This document shows, one piece after another, positions 17,636 through 27,035 of a DNA stretch of 64,000 nt. The position numbers and the translations under genes are program-made. Under the pieces are notes generated by a model. The model was not told the DNA's origin, searched no databases, and saw only the letters and a list, made by a program, of their open reading frames with translations. Source of the DNA: a virus; IMG/VR virus record IMGVR_UViG_3300042864_001965, one strand, 5' to 3'. Each line of letters starts with the position of its first letter. The stretch's first letter is position 1.

Positions 17636-17662
17636 AATACTCCTAATTGTTTTGATTTTTAG

Positions 17663-17680
17663 TTGATAACTGATAGCTAA
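17663..17680 (-). repeat. heptad array (TTGATAA CTGATAG CTAA)
   Basis: CTGATAA-type tandem heptads in an intergenic gap between minus-strand genes. Confidence 0.7.
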
Positions 17681-17687
17681 TTTTAAA

Positions 17688-17960
17688 CTAATCTAACTTA
17701 GATAGTAAAGCTTCAATTGTCTTTAGCCTATTCCCCGCCGCTACACATCCGTCTTTAGAAGCTAAAAGCGACAAATCTAAAAGCATTAGTTCAAAAAAGA
17801 CTGTTTTTTCTTCTTTGCTAGAAAAGGGAAAAATATCGTGGACTTTATCTGCTAGTTTTGTGGCCATCAGTAGAATTTTGGGGTTGAGTGCATTTTTTTG
17901 GTTCATTGTTTTTTTCCAGTTTAGATAGCAGGGTTTCAATCGCTTGGAATGCAGTTCCAC
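17688..17960 (-). CDS. hypothetical protein, paralog of 17845-18141 (real start probably MNQKN at 17906)
   Basis: MATKLADKVHDIF...LKTIEALLSKLD parallels LSQKLADTVGREIF...FQAIETLLSKLE in the upstream ORF. Confidence 0.45.
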   Translation of the reverse strand: MELHSKRLKPCYLNWKKTMNQKNALNPKILLMATKLADKVHDIFPFSSKEEKTVFFELMLLDLSLLASKDGCVAAGNRLKTIEALLSKLD

Positions 17961-18141
17961 ACCAGCTTGTCATGTGCCTATTAAATTTATAGGAATAGTA
18001 GAGGCTTGTAAGCATTTGCTCAAAAATATCTTCTTGATCTCCTCTTTCTAAAGAAGCAAATATTTCTCTACCAACTGTATCTGCTAATTTTTGGGATAGC
18101 AGTCTAATTTGAGTTTGTGTGCGTTCGTGATATTGGATCAT
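17845..18141 (-). CDS. hypothetical protein, paralog of 17688-17960
   Basis: 98-aa ORF; see the paired motifs above. Confidence 0.45.
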   Translation of the reverse strand: MIQYHERTQTQIRLLSQKLADTVGREIFASLERGDQEDIFEQMLTSLYYSYKFNRHMTSWCGTAFQAIETLLSKLEKNNEPKKCTQPQNSTDGHKTSR

Positions 18142-18173
18142 CGGGTTCTTTTAATTTATTTAGCAATTTTTTA

Positions 18174-18190
18174 CTGATAACTGACAACTA
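18174..18190 (-). repeat. heptad array (CTGATAA CTGACAA CTA)
   Basis: Intergenic, directly after the stop of 18194-19255. Confidence 0.7.
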
Positions 18191-18193
18191 ATC

Positions 18194-19255
18194 CTAACTT
18201 AATCTCTCTACAAAATCAATAAGTTTTTCCCAAAGAGTTACAGGAAAATCTACGGTCATTGTATCATCGTCTGTTTGCTTTGCATTTCCTTCGGTTGCTA
18301 AAGATATTAATAGATATTTAACTTCTTTAGCTTTCGGAGTAAGTTTAATGGGTTTTGGCTCTAATTCGTCACTGGGTTTTACGTTTCCATCAGAGTCCAA
18401 AAAAGTTGGATTTTTAGACTCTATAAGGTTAGCTGCTACAGATTGAACTAATTCTCCAGTGGCTTTTATCCCTTTTTCTTCCGCTATAGCTACAGTCTCT
18501 AAAAGAACATTTTCTTTCTCCGAGAGTGTTAGTTCATTTTTCCTTACAAGATTGTGTAAAGTCGTCTCCGATACTTTACCTTCGATTGCTTTTAATGTCG
18601 GACTAGACATCGAAGAAATTTCTAGAGTCCGATCATATTCTGATTTTTTCCATCCAGTTTTTTCGCAAAACTGTTGGTAGGACTGTTCTTCAGTTAAACC
18701 AGCTAATCTATCCTCGTGTAAATGCCGTCTGATCAGTTTCGCTTTGTCGTACACCGATAGTTTTTCGCTATCAGTGCCGTAAGAGAGCATTTGATACTCT
18801 AAGTCCCGGACGGTTAGCCCGCCTGACAAAGGCTTAATAATTGCTAGAACGTTAGGAATTATTATTCCTTGAGAGGCTAAAAGCAACCAAGCTAATACCC
18901 TTCGATGCCCGTCCATAGGAAACAGTCGATCACCGTCTGCAATCAAGTGTAAAGGTTGATAGATTACGCCCGATGCCAGTATCTTATCGGCTAGTTCTTT
19001 AATCAACTCCAAGTCGTAGGTAACGCGGGTATTCCATCCGTTTTCCCCTGCGATAGTTTCGATTAAATCGAGGCTAAAGGTTAAAAGAGTTTCATCAGGC
19101 AAGATGTGCATTTTGCCGTTGTCACGAAGCCCTATTCTTGGTCCGACAAAGTGACCATTGGCTAATCTGAAAGAAATTAGCTGGGGATCGACTACGATTA
19201 ACTCTCCTCTTGCAGACCCATAAGTTCTGATTTTGTCTCTTGATTTTGCGCTCAT
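18194..19255 (-). CDS. ParB/Srx-like N-terminal domain protein
   Basis: LHLIADGDRLFPMDGHRRVLAWLLL matches the ParB-type GxRR-box region. Confidence 0.55.
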   Translation of the reverse strand: MSAKSRDKIRTYGSARGELIVVDPQLISFRLANGHFVGPRIGLRDNGKMHILPDETLLTFSLDLIETIAGENGWNTRVTYDLELIKELADKILASGVIYQPLHLIADGDRLFPMDGHRRVLAWLLLASQGIIIPNVLAIIKPLSGGLTVRDLEYQMLSYGTDSEKLSVYDKAKLIRRHLHEDRLAGLTEEQSYQQFCEKTGWKKSEYDRTLEISSMSSPTLKAIEGKVSETTLHNLVRKNELTLSEKENVLLETVAIAEEKGIKATGELVQSVAANLIESKNPTFLDSDGNVKPSDELEPKPIKLTPKAKEVKYLLISLATEGNAKQTDDDTMTVDFPVTLWEKLIDFVERLS

Positions 19256-19266
19256 TTTGTTACTCC

Positions 19267-19701
19267 TCAGTTGTGATTATTTTTAGTTGTTTCTTGCTTT
19301 ATTCGTAGTCCCATCAATGGGAGAATGACATAACCCTCCTTTACAAGGTAACTAGCTATAACAAGAGATTGTAGAAAAAGACAATAGTTTTTCTTGAGAA
19401 GATTAGGTATTGCTACACCTGTTAAAATCGAAAAGATAAACTGGAATATAGCAGTTTTAAAACGCCAAAAACATCCTACTTTCCTATTTGAATCAGCGTC
19501 AATAAATGCACCGCTTAAAAGAAGACATTCTATATCATTGTCATCTGCTTTGATTACGTTTTCATAAACTCCTTCTAGTATTTTCGATGCAAAGGGTTTT
19601 TTTGATGTTTTAAGAACTAAGCGATTAACATATTGCTTGGCTTCTGTTGGCAACTCAGCGTAGCTTAAGTTGATTAGCACTTGATAGGTCAGGCTTTTCA
19701 T
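19267..19701 (-). CDS. small membrane protein, paralog family B
   Basis: FWRFKTAIFQFIFSILTGVAIPNLLKKNYCLFLQSLVIASYL parallels the ORF at 19706-20065. Confidence 0.45.
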   Translation of the reverse strand: MKSLTYQVLINLSYAELPTEAKQYVNRLVLKTSKKPFASKILEGVYENVIKADDNDIECLLLSGAFIDADSNRKVGCFWRFKTAIFQFIFSILTGVAIPNLLKKNYCLFLQSLVIASYLVKEGYVILPLMGLRIKQETTKNNHN

Positions 19702-19705
19702 TTTT

Positions 19706-20065
19706 TTACTCCTTAGTTGTATTGTCGGTTATTTCTTTATACCAGCTTTTTTCTGCTAGAAAAATCGACGCTAGTGTTAAAGCTTTTTTGAAAAGATCAA
19801 AATCTTTTTTAAGAGGAGAAGGAATACTAACTCCTGTACATATAGGTATAAGAATAGTTATAACCCAAAATTTAAACCGATTAATAAAAGAAAGATTCCA
19901 TTTATCATCGGATAAGTACGGATAGATGTATCCTTTTTGTATATCCCCTTCCCACCACCAGATTAATATCTCGTTAGTTATTTGGCTAGTTTGAGATTTT
20001 TTTAATAAATCATCAATCCAATTTTTTGAGTCAAGAGATAATTCGAGATATTTATTTCTAATCAT
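19706..20065 (-). CDS. small membrane protein, paralog family B
   Basis: RFKFWVITILIPICTGVSIPSPLKKDFDLFKKALTLASIFL. Confidence 0.45.
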   Translation of the reverse strand: MIRNKYLELSLDSKNWIDDLLKKSQTSQITNEILIWWWEGDIQKGYIYPYLSDDKWNLSFINRFKFWVITILIPICTGVSIPSPLKKDFDLFKKALTLASIFLAEKSWYKEITDNTTKE

Positions 20066-20139
20066 AAGCTTATACAGCCGCTCTTTGAAATACGGGTGAT
20101 GTTCACTGTTTTACTCCCCAATTGTGCTAGTTTTTACTT

Positions 20140-20559
20140 TTAAGACATTTTTAGGTCTTTATAGCGTTTTCCCCATTCGTTAACAAGAATCGTAATTTCT
20201 GGAAAATTAATCGCCTTACCTTTAATCCATATATACGGATTATTTGATTCTGATAAACTTGTTAATGTTTCAAATAGCAAGTTTGTAGATTTCAATTCTA
20301 CAGATGTTAAATTAATTTTGATTACTTTTTTAGTCTTGCCAGAATCGCAAGTAATCTCAAAATCTGCCCTTAATTGCTGTACTTGATTAATACCTACACT
20401 AAAAACTAGGTTAGCTACCAATCCATGCAAGCAAATATTTTCGACTTGCCCTGTACTTAAAACTTTCCATTGGTTTTTGCTGCTTTCAACTAAGATTTCT
20501 TGTATTTGCTGGAAAGTCAGTTCATCCCACCAATCGCGACTTAAGAGATTCCGATTCAT
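20140..20559 (-). CDS. hypothetical protein
   Basis: 139-aa ORF with AAGGAG Shine-Dalgarno. Confidence 0.5.
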   Translation of the reverse strand: MNRNLLSRDWWDELTFQQIQEILVESSKNQWKVLSTGQVENICLHGLVANLVFSVGINQVQQLRADFEITCDSGKTKKVIKINLTSVELKSTNLLFETLTSLSESNNPYIWIKGKAINFPEITILVNEWGKRYKDLKMS

Positions 20560-20617
20560 TTAATACTCCTTAATTTCCATTTTTAGATTTTTTAGCTTTT
20601 CAGGTCTTTATAGGTTG

Positions 20618-20638
20618 CTGATAACTGACAACTAACTA
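20618..20638 (-). repeat. heptad array (CTGATAA CTGACAA CTAACTA)
   Basis: Abuts the stop of 20639-21646. Confidence 0.7.
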
Positions 20639-21646
20639 TTAAAAATCTTCACTGAGAAGTTCACCAGGATCAATATTTTCACTGCAAACTTCTATTACTG
20701 GCTTTAGCCTTGCGTCTACAGCTTTTTTTAGGAGGTCGGCCAATTCTTTTTCAGAGGTTGCTTGTTGGGCGATTTGCAAAGCTTCTGGTTGAGGTAATCC
20801 TTTACCTACAGCCCAAGTAATCCCAGCTTGTTTACGATCATCCGGCACTGGTTGCGAAGGGTTGAACATTTTTACGTTTCCCGTTGACGCAGCAGATAGA
20901 GTTCTGACAGGTTCTACATTTCCCGTAAATCGCTGAAAGGCTTTTGTTTCGATTATTTGCAATACTTGAGAAGCACTATTAGGGTGAACACGGATTGATA
21001 AAAGACTAAAAGTCTTTCGTCCCCTTTTTCCGTCTGGTAAGGGATAAGATAGCTCTCTTGACCCGCGTTCTAATAGAAAAGGGATACCAATCAAACTACC
21101 AGCCGATGTTTCAATAGCTAGTAGTTGCTCTGTTAGCCCGATAATATCCCACTTTGAATGGGTTTCGACTTCAAAGTATCCTAGTTCACCTAATTTAGGT
21201 AAAACAATCTGCAATCGCCCAACTTGCTTGCATTTACACCCTGAATAACTTCCGTCAGGATTTTGTTGTCGTTTGCACGGGATAGGATTAGTGGCAATCA
21301 TTTTGCCAGCTTGTTGGTAGATATGTTGCTTTTCCTCATCACACCGAATCATTAACCCAGAGGTTTTTAAATCTTTATCATTCCACTGTTCCATCCAACA
21401 AGGAAATACTTGGTCTGTATAAGGAAAAGGTAACAAGCAATCTAATTGCTTAGGCTCTTTCCCGTAAATAGCGGTAAATTTTTCGTTGATTCCTTGAATA
21501 TCAGAATCAATGCGAAAATATTCTAAATCATCTCCGCTTATTAGAGTGCCAGGTCTTTTAGGGTTTTCTTTTTTTTCTCCCCCTTTGCGAATTATACCCA
21601 GTCTAAGGAACCGGGCTTGTCTTGTTGTCAAAGATTTTATAGGCAT
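20639..21646 (-). CDS. replication-module protein, tentatively phiC31 gp3-like (RDF-like family)
   Basis: N-terminus ARFLRLGIIRKGGEK...LEYFRIDS resembles the GRLRLG...FRfts start I associate with that family. Weak, from memory only. Confidence 0.25.
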   Translation of the reverse strand: MPIKSLTTRQARFLRLGIIRKGGEKKENPKRPGTLISGDDLEYFRIDSDIQGINEKFTAIYGKEPKQLDCLLPFPYTDQVFPCWMEQWNDKDLKTSGLMIRCDEEKQHIYQQAGKMIATNPIPCKRQQNPDGSYSGCKCKQVGRLQIVLPKLGELGYFEVETHSKWDIIGLTEQLLAIETSAGSLIGIPFLLERGSRELSYPLPDGKRGRKTFSLLSIRVHPNSASQVLQIIETKAFQRFTGNVEPVRTLSAASTGNVKMFNPSQPVPDDRKQAGITWAVGKGLPQPEALQIAQQATSEKELADLLKKAVDARLKPVIEVCSENIDPGELLSEDF

Positions 21647-21657
21647 TGTTTTTACTC

Positions 21658-21951
21658 CTAAAAAGGAAGGTTGCTAGGATCGCTAAATCTATAAGAGGAA
21701 GGAAACTCATCTATTTCTTTACCAGCAAGATATTTAGTAACACTGGGGCAAGCGACGCTGTGAGCCTCTGTTATTTCTTGCAGTTTTGCTATGACGAATC
21801 GCTGTGCTTGATTTAAAAGAAATTCATAGCAAGCGTCAGGATCTTCGCCGTCCTCTGGTTTTCCGTGAATATTTAGGGAGATACTCACAGACTCAAAATT
21901 ACCAAGGTTGACTTTCTGAGTGTATTCTACCGAGATATGGGTGATAAGCAT
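21658..21951 (-). CDS. hypothetical protein
   Basis: 97-aa ORF behind the promoter at 21978-22006, with GGAGAG Shine-Dalgarno. Confidence 0.5.
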   Translation of the reverse strand: MLITHISVEYTQKVNLGNFESVSISLNIHGKPEDGEDPDACYEFLLNQAQRFVIAKLQEITEAHSVACPSVTKYLAGKEIDEFPSSYRFSDPSNLPF

Positions 21952-21977
21952 CTCTCCTCTAAAATTTGATTAATACA

Positions 21978-22006
21978 ATCTTATAGTAAATTGCTAGAAT
22001 TGTCAA
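21978..22006 (-). promoter_or_regulatory. sigma70-type promoter, TTGACAATTCTAGCA family
   Basis: Minus strand: TTGACA (22006-22001), 17 nt (ATTCTAGCAATTTACTA), TAAGAT (21983-21978). Confidence 0.55.
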
Positions 22007-22288
22007 GTATTTTAAAAAAAAACTTACAAAAAAATTACAAAAAGATAATAGTACAAAAGAACTAAGTTATTATCGTTAATAGATTGTAGATAAGGATATT
22101 AACAATGAAATCCTTGATATATATAGGTTTTAGGCTTTGTTGATATTGTTAATGCTATCCCCCAATATTATTTTTTTTACACTCTTATTGTCTAGTTCGT
22201 TTATCTGGTTAGCACTGCCCGTCAAATTGGCTTAATCCGATTTTGCTTGATTAAGTGCGGTGGGGAGCGGTTCGGATTGGCGATGATG

Positions 22289-22308
22289 GGACGTGAGGAT
22301 TATCCCCC
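22289..22308. repeat. 20-bp direct repeat GGACGTGAGGATTATCCCCC (second copy at 23374-23393)
   Basis: Exact copies bracket the FGE-family ORF inside the MITE-like element. Confidence 0.85.
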
Positions 22309-22381
22309 AGCAAGAAATTAAAGTTTTAGTGAGTCCTGCTCATCAATTTTGTTAAAATACTAATACCAAGGAAAGGACATT

Positions 22382-23338
22382 ATGTTTAAAACCCCTACAG
22401 TAAACCTTCGCGGCGAAATCATTAAAACTACCACCCACACTGCTAACTGTTTTACAGAAACTCTACCAAATAACGTTGACCTCGACATGGTATTTATACC
22501 TGATGGTACTTTTACAATGGGTTCTCCTAAAAATGAAAAAGATAGCCATAATAATGAACGTCCCCAACATAATGTAAAGGTTCCTCCTTTCTTCATGGGG
22601 AAATATCCCATTACTCAAGGTCAATGGAAAGTGATTGCCACCAGAACAGATTTAAAAGTAAAAATAGACTTAGAAGAAGATCCATCTTATTTTAAAAAAC
22701 CCTATCAAGATCAAGACAGAGAAATAGATAGATGGCTTAGACCCGTTGAAAGAGTCAATTGGTATGAAGCTGTAGAGTTTTGCCAGCGACTGTCTAAGCT
22801 AACGGAGAGAGATTATAGACTGCCTTCGGAGGCACAATGGGAATACGCTTGTCGTGCTATGACAGAACCCCTAGACCTCGCAAAAGGTGAATCTTACCCA
22901 CCCTTTTACTTTGGAGAAACCCTTACTGATAAGTTAGCTAACTATAATGCTTCTATAACTTATGCCTCGGAACCCAAAGGCGAAAATAAAAAGGAAACTA
23001 TCCCCGTTGGTCAATTTCCCCCGAATGCTTTCGGATTATACGATATGCACGGCAACGTCTGGGAATGGTGTATGGATGACTGGCATGACAATTATGAAAA
23101 TGCGCCTAGTGACGGCAGTGCTTGGCTTGATAATAATCAAGAGGAAAATCTTGATGCTGAAAATAGCTTAGAATCTACTGAAAAAGACGGAGATACTCCC
23201 TTTTTTGTCATGCGGGGCGGTTGTTGGTACCACAATCCAGATTTCTGCCGTTCTGCCAAACGCATCAACAACCGCCCCGACCTCTACGACTTCGACTACG
23301 GTTTTCGGGTAGTCTGTGTATTCGGGAAAACTCTCTAA
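22382..23338 (+). CDS. FGE-sulfatase (SUMF1/EgtB/PvdO) domain protein
   Basis: MVFIPDGTFTMGSP...ERPQHNVKVPPFFMGKYPITQGQW...VNWYEAVEFCQRLS...YRLPSEAQWEYACRA...YDMHGNVWEWCMDDW...RGGCW...GFRVVC. Confidence 0.8.
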   Translation: MFKTPTVNLRGEIIKTTTHTANCFTETLPNNVDLDMVFIPDGTFTMGSPKNEKDSHNNERPQHNVKVPPFFMGKYPITQGQWKVIATRTDLKVKIDLEEDPSYFKKPYQDQDREIDRWLRPVERVNWYEAVEFCQRLSKLTERDYRLPSEAQWEYACRAMTEPLDLAKGESYPPFYFGETLTDKLANYNASITYASEPKGENKKETIPVGQFPPNAFGLYDMHGNVWEWCMDDWHDNYENAPSDGSAWLDNNQEENLDAENSLESTEKDGDTPFFVMRGGCWYHNPDFCRSAKRINNRPDLYDFDYGFRVVCVFGKTL

Positions 23339-23665
23339 CCCTTTTTCCCTTTTTCCCTTTTTACCCTTTACTCGGACGTGAGGATTATCCCCCTTACCTC
23401 ATATCCAAAAAAGGGGAAGTTATTATATCTTCTTTTCTTTTTTTTCCGTAAAGCATCAACGGCATCAACAAAGCCTGAAACCTAGTCAGGGTAAAGGTTT
23501 CGATTGTTAATAAGGTTATTAACAATCAAATTACAAAAGAACAGAAGATATATTTGATACAAAAGTACCCATAGTGACACTTGATGAACTGTCACACTTC
23601 GCCAACACCTGCCGAGAGAATCGATTTATATTAGAAAAGTAATCAAAACAAAGAGGACAAATCAA

Positions 23666-23926
23666 ATGAATACAACATTGGTAAATGAAAAAATGCTAAT
23701 GCGTCGTAATGATTTATTAGACGAGTCGAGAAAAACTCAAAAAGTTAGAATAGCGTGGCATTTTCCCAAAATTGAACTGGCAGAATTTATAGATCGCGAA
23801 AAAGAATTATCTGGACACGGAAAATGGTTTGATTATAGCGAAATAGCTACTCTTGAAGCTTGGGTTCGTAAAATGAATAAAGAATATGACGACATATTCC
23901 ATTATCTTCAATTTTGTGAGAAATAG
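23666..23926 (+). CDS. hypothetical protein
   Basis: 86-aa plus-strand ORF with GAGGA Shine-Dalgarno. Confidence 0.45.
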   Translation: MNTTLVNEKMLMRRNDLLDESRKTQKVRIAWHFPKIELAEFIDREKELSGHGKWFDYSEIATLEAWVRKMNKEYDDIFHYLQFCEK

Positions 23927-23997
23927 CTTGTAATTATGCCCCTAAAATTACATCTCGCTAATCCCACTATGTCAGGCGATAATGGTCTTGATTCCAA

Positions 23998-26298
23998 TCA
24001 AATAATCGTTGCCAGTGATTCTTTAAAAGGTACTGGATAGCTTGAATTTTGAAAAACCCGTACTGTATAAGCCGATTGGACTGACCCCCAATCGGCTATT
24101 TGTTGTGCCTCTGTATAAACGACGCTTCGGGCTGACGATACTGACCATTCTCGTTTTACTGTGGACTCGTCGTAAATTCTGACTACATAGCTGTCCAATT
24201 CTCCTGCTGCGTAAGCAATGTCGATATAGTCGATCCAACGACCATCTAACCGCGTCCGTCGATACCAAGTAATAATTAAATCGTTATTATCTTTTTCCCC
24301 TCTTACAGCACAAGGGAAAGGCTTCAATCCTTCTAAGGTGATTGTGTGAGAAACTTCCTCCTCTATATCAGTTTCAAGTAATCCATTAGGAACTACTTTT
24401 AATAAATATTCTCGATTAATATCAGAAAGATTTAAGGGGAATCGAACTAAATAATTAGTTAGTAACACAAATTTTTCCCCTGTTATATGCCTAGAAATGG
24501 CTGGTTCAGTTCCCTTGACTCCACGAATTGTATATGAAATATCAAATGTCAAGGGATTGTTGGACACAATAGCAGCATTTTTAAAAGCTACAATTTCTCC
24601 AGTAGAAAACCAACCTAATTGTTTGCCTGACAAAAATGTTTCAAGGGTAACTGGCTCTAATTGCCCTGAATTTATGCTTACTCGTATCCAATTTAAATCG
24701 TCAATAAAACTAGGAGAAGCGTTGTTAAAATTCGGGGAGAAGCTTAATACAGTACCAGTTACGCTGTTGGCAACATTACCAACAGCAAAATCATAGCTTA
24801 ATCCGTTGTCATCAGAATAAAATAATGCTCCTTTCCTAAAACTAGAGTTACCTTCAATTGCCACATAAATTCCTATATCTGTATCTCGGCTGTTAACTAT
24901 TGGGCATTCAATAGGAATAGCGTTAGCGCGTCCGTAGGGACGAGGAGTGTTATTGTCTGGCGGAAATTCGTTATAGGAACGAGGAGTGTTATTGTCTGGC
25001 GGAAATTCGTTATCTATAGGAATATCTGGCAAATATCCTACTCCTTGAAATCGAGTAGCTTCAATTTCAATTAAATAATTTACGCCTCTTACTTTTTTCG
25101 TGATTTGCATCAATTCCTGATGATAATTGTTATTATCATTAGTAAAAATTACATCCCCAACCTTTAAATTTTCCCATGCTGGTAATAAAAACATTTTTGA
25201 AAAAGTTTTTGATTGCGTTTTCCCTAAAAAAAGAATTTTTGAGGCAATATTCATGAAAAACATATCTATATCTATTAGCTTAGTTTGAAAACTAAGCTCG
25301 TTTGTGTGAGTATCTGATGGGTCTTTAGCTACTGCAGTAATAGGTTCATAATTTTTTAAAACATTTAGCCCAGATACCGTAACAGCACTGGGAGTTTCTC
25401 TAAAATGAGTCAGTTTTTTTTCATTAATGTCAATAGGATTTTCTCCAAATTTTTTAGACCCAAAAGAGCTTTTAGGGATAAAAATAGGATCAGATGATTG
25501 TTCTTGTCTTTTAAAAATGATTTTATCTTTTGGCTCCCTTGCTACAATAAAAAAAGCTCTCATAAGTTCTTCTAACTGATCAGCAAAAGATGTCCCATCA
25601 AACAATAAATCAAATCCTTGAATTCGGTAATCATCAGGAATGTCAGTCACATCAATTTGATCGTCTGTTCTACTAGCTAATTCACAAATAGTTTTCAAAA
25701 TATCTTTTATTTTTGGATTGTTTCCACTTTCTCCAATCACTTCAACATCAATAGTAGGAAATCCAGTGCCATCATAATTAGCAATCGGATAATTATTAAA
25801 AATTAAAAAAGACATTCCAGTAAAAGCAGGTACTGGATTAGATTCTTTTGACTGAATTACTGACGATGGTGTAGTTTGATTGCCAGTATAAATAGTTGTA
25901 TGCTCAATAAACTTTAGGCTTTTTTCGTCATTAGTTTCGGAATTGTAAACGAGGACGCTGTTCATCCAAACCCGCCTAACAGAGCCAATTTTTCTAGCAA
26001 TTGGATAAGCGGCTGTCAAAAAATAAGTGTAAACTTCGGTAGTTTGCCCACCACCACCACCTTTTCCGCCTTGCCTTTCGGATGTGACGACTTCCTTAAG
26101 AGGAATCCCCCACATCATAGTTAGCCCTTCTTTCCTCACCCTTCCAAAAGGATAGGATAGGCTTCTGCCGTATTCAGCATCGGGAACACCAGTATCCTCA
26201 ATTTTTCCTTTTTGTTGGGTAGGGGGTTTAGGAGCAAATAGAGATAATAATAGGTTAGCTCCGATTCCTATCGCTACGGGAATGAGAAAATTAGCCAC
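23998..26298 (-). CDS. host-specificity/distal tail protein, GTA g15-like
   Basis: N-terminus ...YGRSLSYPFGRVRKEGLTMMWGIPLKEVVTSERQGGKGGGGGQTTEVYTYFLTAAYPIARKIGSVRRVWMNSVLVY matches the conserved start of GTA g15/gpJ-like tail proteins as I remember it. 766 aa. Confidence 0.6.
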   Translation of the reverse strand: MANFLIPVAIGIGANLLLSLFAPKPPTQQKGKIEDTGVPDAEYGRSLSYPFGRVRKEGLTMMWGIPLKEVVTSERQGGKGGGGGQTTEVYTYFLTAAYPIARKIGSVRRVWMNSVLVYNSETNDEKSLKFIEHTTIYTGNQTTPSSVIQSKESNPVPAFTGMSFLIFNNYPIANYDGTGFPTIDVEVIGESGNNPKIKDILKTICELASRTDDQIDVTDIPDDYRIQGFDLLFDGTSFADQLEELMRAFFIVAREPKDKIIFKRQEQSSDPIFIPKSSFGSKKFGENPIDINEKKLTHFRETPSAVTVSGLNVLKNYEPITAVAKDPSDTHTNELSFQTKLIDIDMFFMNIASKILFLGKTQSKTFSKMFLLPAWENLKVGDVIFTNDNNNYHQELMQITKKVRGVNYLIEIEATRFQGVGYLPDIPIDNEFPPDNNTPRSYNEFPPDNNTPRPYGRANAIPIECPIVNSRDTDIGIYVAIEGNSSFRKGALFYSDDNGLSYDFAVGNVANSVTGTVLSFSPNFNNASPSFIDDLNWIRVSINSGQLEPVTLETFLSGKQLGWFSTGEIVAFKNAAIVSNNPLTFDISYTIRGVKGTEPAISRHITGEKFVLLTNYLVRFPLNLSDINREYLLKVVPNGLLETDIEEEVSHTITLEGLKPFPCAVRGEKDNNDLIITWYRRTRLDGRWIDYIDIAYAAGELDSYVVRIYDESTVKREWSVSSARSVVYTEAQQIADWGSVQSAYTVRVFQNSSYPVPFKESLATII
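24941..25013. repeat. 39-bp in-frame tandem duplication inside the g15-like gene
   Basis: CGAGGAGTGTTATTGTCTGGCGGAAATTCGTTAT occurs at 24941 and 24980. Encodes NEFPPDNNTPR(S/P)Y twice. Confidence 0.85.
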
Positions 26299-26332
26299 GG
26301 CTTTTTAAAAGATAGTATTTTCTCTATTCTAA

Positions 26333-26405
26333 TAGGTTGAGTAGGAATCGAACCTACCTAAGACGAATTATGAGTTCGTTGCCTTAACCGCTCGGCCATC
26401 AACCC
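26333..26405 (-). tRNA. tRNA with CAT anticodon (elongator Met or Ile2)
   Basis: Hand fold: GGGTTGA TG GCCG AGCGGTTA AGGC A ACGAA CTCATAA TTCGT CTTAG GTAGG TTCGATT CCTAC TCAACCT A. 73 nt. The anticodon stem lacks the three G-C pairs of an initiator tRNA. Confidence 0.75.
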
Positions 26406-26410
26406 TTGAC

Positions 26411-26854
26411 CTATTTAGGAAAAAATAAAGTAGGAGAGATATTAAAAAAATCGGCTAATTTTTGAACGTGAATATCTGTTATCTCTCGCTGTCTATCAAA
26501 AATATCATCTAGGATTGATTGATCCTCAAAAATAGATAATAAGTCTTGCTTTTGCAAGTTCTTTAGTTCTAACAAAAATTTCAATAGCTCAACTCCATAA
26601 ATATCAGGTATTGGCTTTTGATTTTCCTCATACTCATAAATCAAAGTTCCTAAAACACTTAAATACTCCCTTTCTTCTATTGTCAATTGAATTTTATCTA
26701 ATATGATTTTATCTAAAAAAGAACTGATAACTCTTTCCGTGTTTTCTAGCTCTTCCTTGTCGTAAATAGGACGAGGAGGGTATTGTTTTAATAATTCTAA
26801 GTATTTATTTGTATCAAACATAGTGTGACTGTAATCGCTGTAACTTTTTATCAT
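26411..26854 (-). CDS. HTH protein, HigA/COG5499-like antitoxin-type regulator
   Basis: C-terminus LKNLQKQDLLSIFEDQSILDDIFDRQREITDIHVQKLADFFNISPTLFF resembles the COG5499 HTH ending. No partner toxin ORF is adjacent. Confidence 0.4.
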   Translation of the reverse strand: MIKSYSDYSHTMFDTNKYLELLKQYPPRPIYDKEELENTERVISSFLDKIILDKIQLTIEEREYLSVLGTLIYEYEENQKPIPDIYGVELLKFLLELKNLQKQDLLSIFEDQSILDDIFDRQREITDIHVQKLADFFNISPTLFFPK

Positions 26855-26894
26855 AGGTCAAGTCTTTGATTTTGTCAATATGTTTGATTTTAAG

Positions 26895-26977
26895 TGGGTT
26901 AGGCTGGATTTGCACCAGCGTGGAATTAAATCTACAGATTTACAGTCTGTCACCTTCGGCTACTCGGTCACTAACCC
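26895..26977 (-). tRNA. tRNA-Tyr (GTA), long variable arm
   Basis: Hand fold: GGGTTAG TG ACCG AGTAGCCGA AGGT G ACAGA CTGTAAA TCTGT (14-nt variable arm) GCTGG TGCAAAT CCAGC CTAACCC A. 83 nt. The T-loop has G at position 55, which is atypical. Confidence 0.6.
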
Positions 26978-27035
26978 TTGTTTGTTTCAATCCCTTGTCT
27001 AAATTTATCTTACTATAATTCTTAATGCTTGTCAA

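Larger units (their letters stand above)
22085..23540. mobile_element. MITE-like element carrying a cargo gene (FGE-sulfatase family)
   Basis: Left end GATTGTAGATAAGGATATTAACAATGAAATCC...AGGTTTTAGGCTTTGTTGATATTGTTAATGC is inverted at the right end (GCATCAACGGCATCAACAAAGCCTGAAACCT...CGATTGTTAATAAGGTTATTAACAATC). The same end pair sits back-to-back without cargo at 33358-33597. No transposase in the window. Confidence 0.5.

Noticed and set aside
22360-22611. 83-aa minus-strand ORF at the 5' end of the FGE gene
   Set aside because: It is antisense to a well-supported domain-containing CDS.
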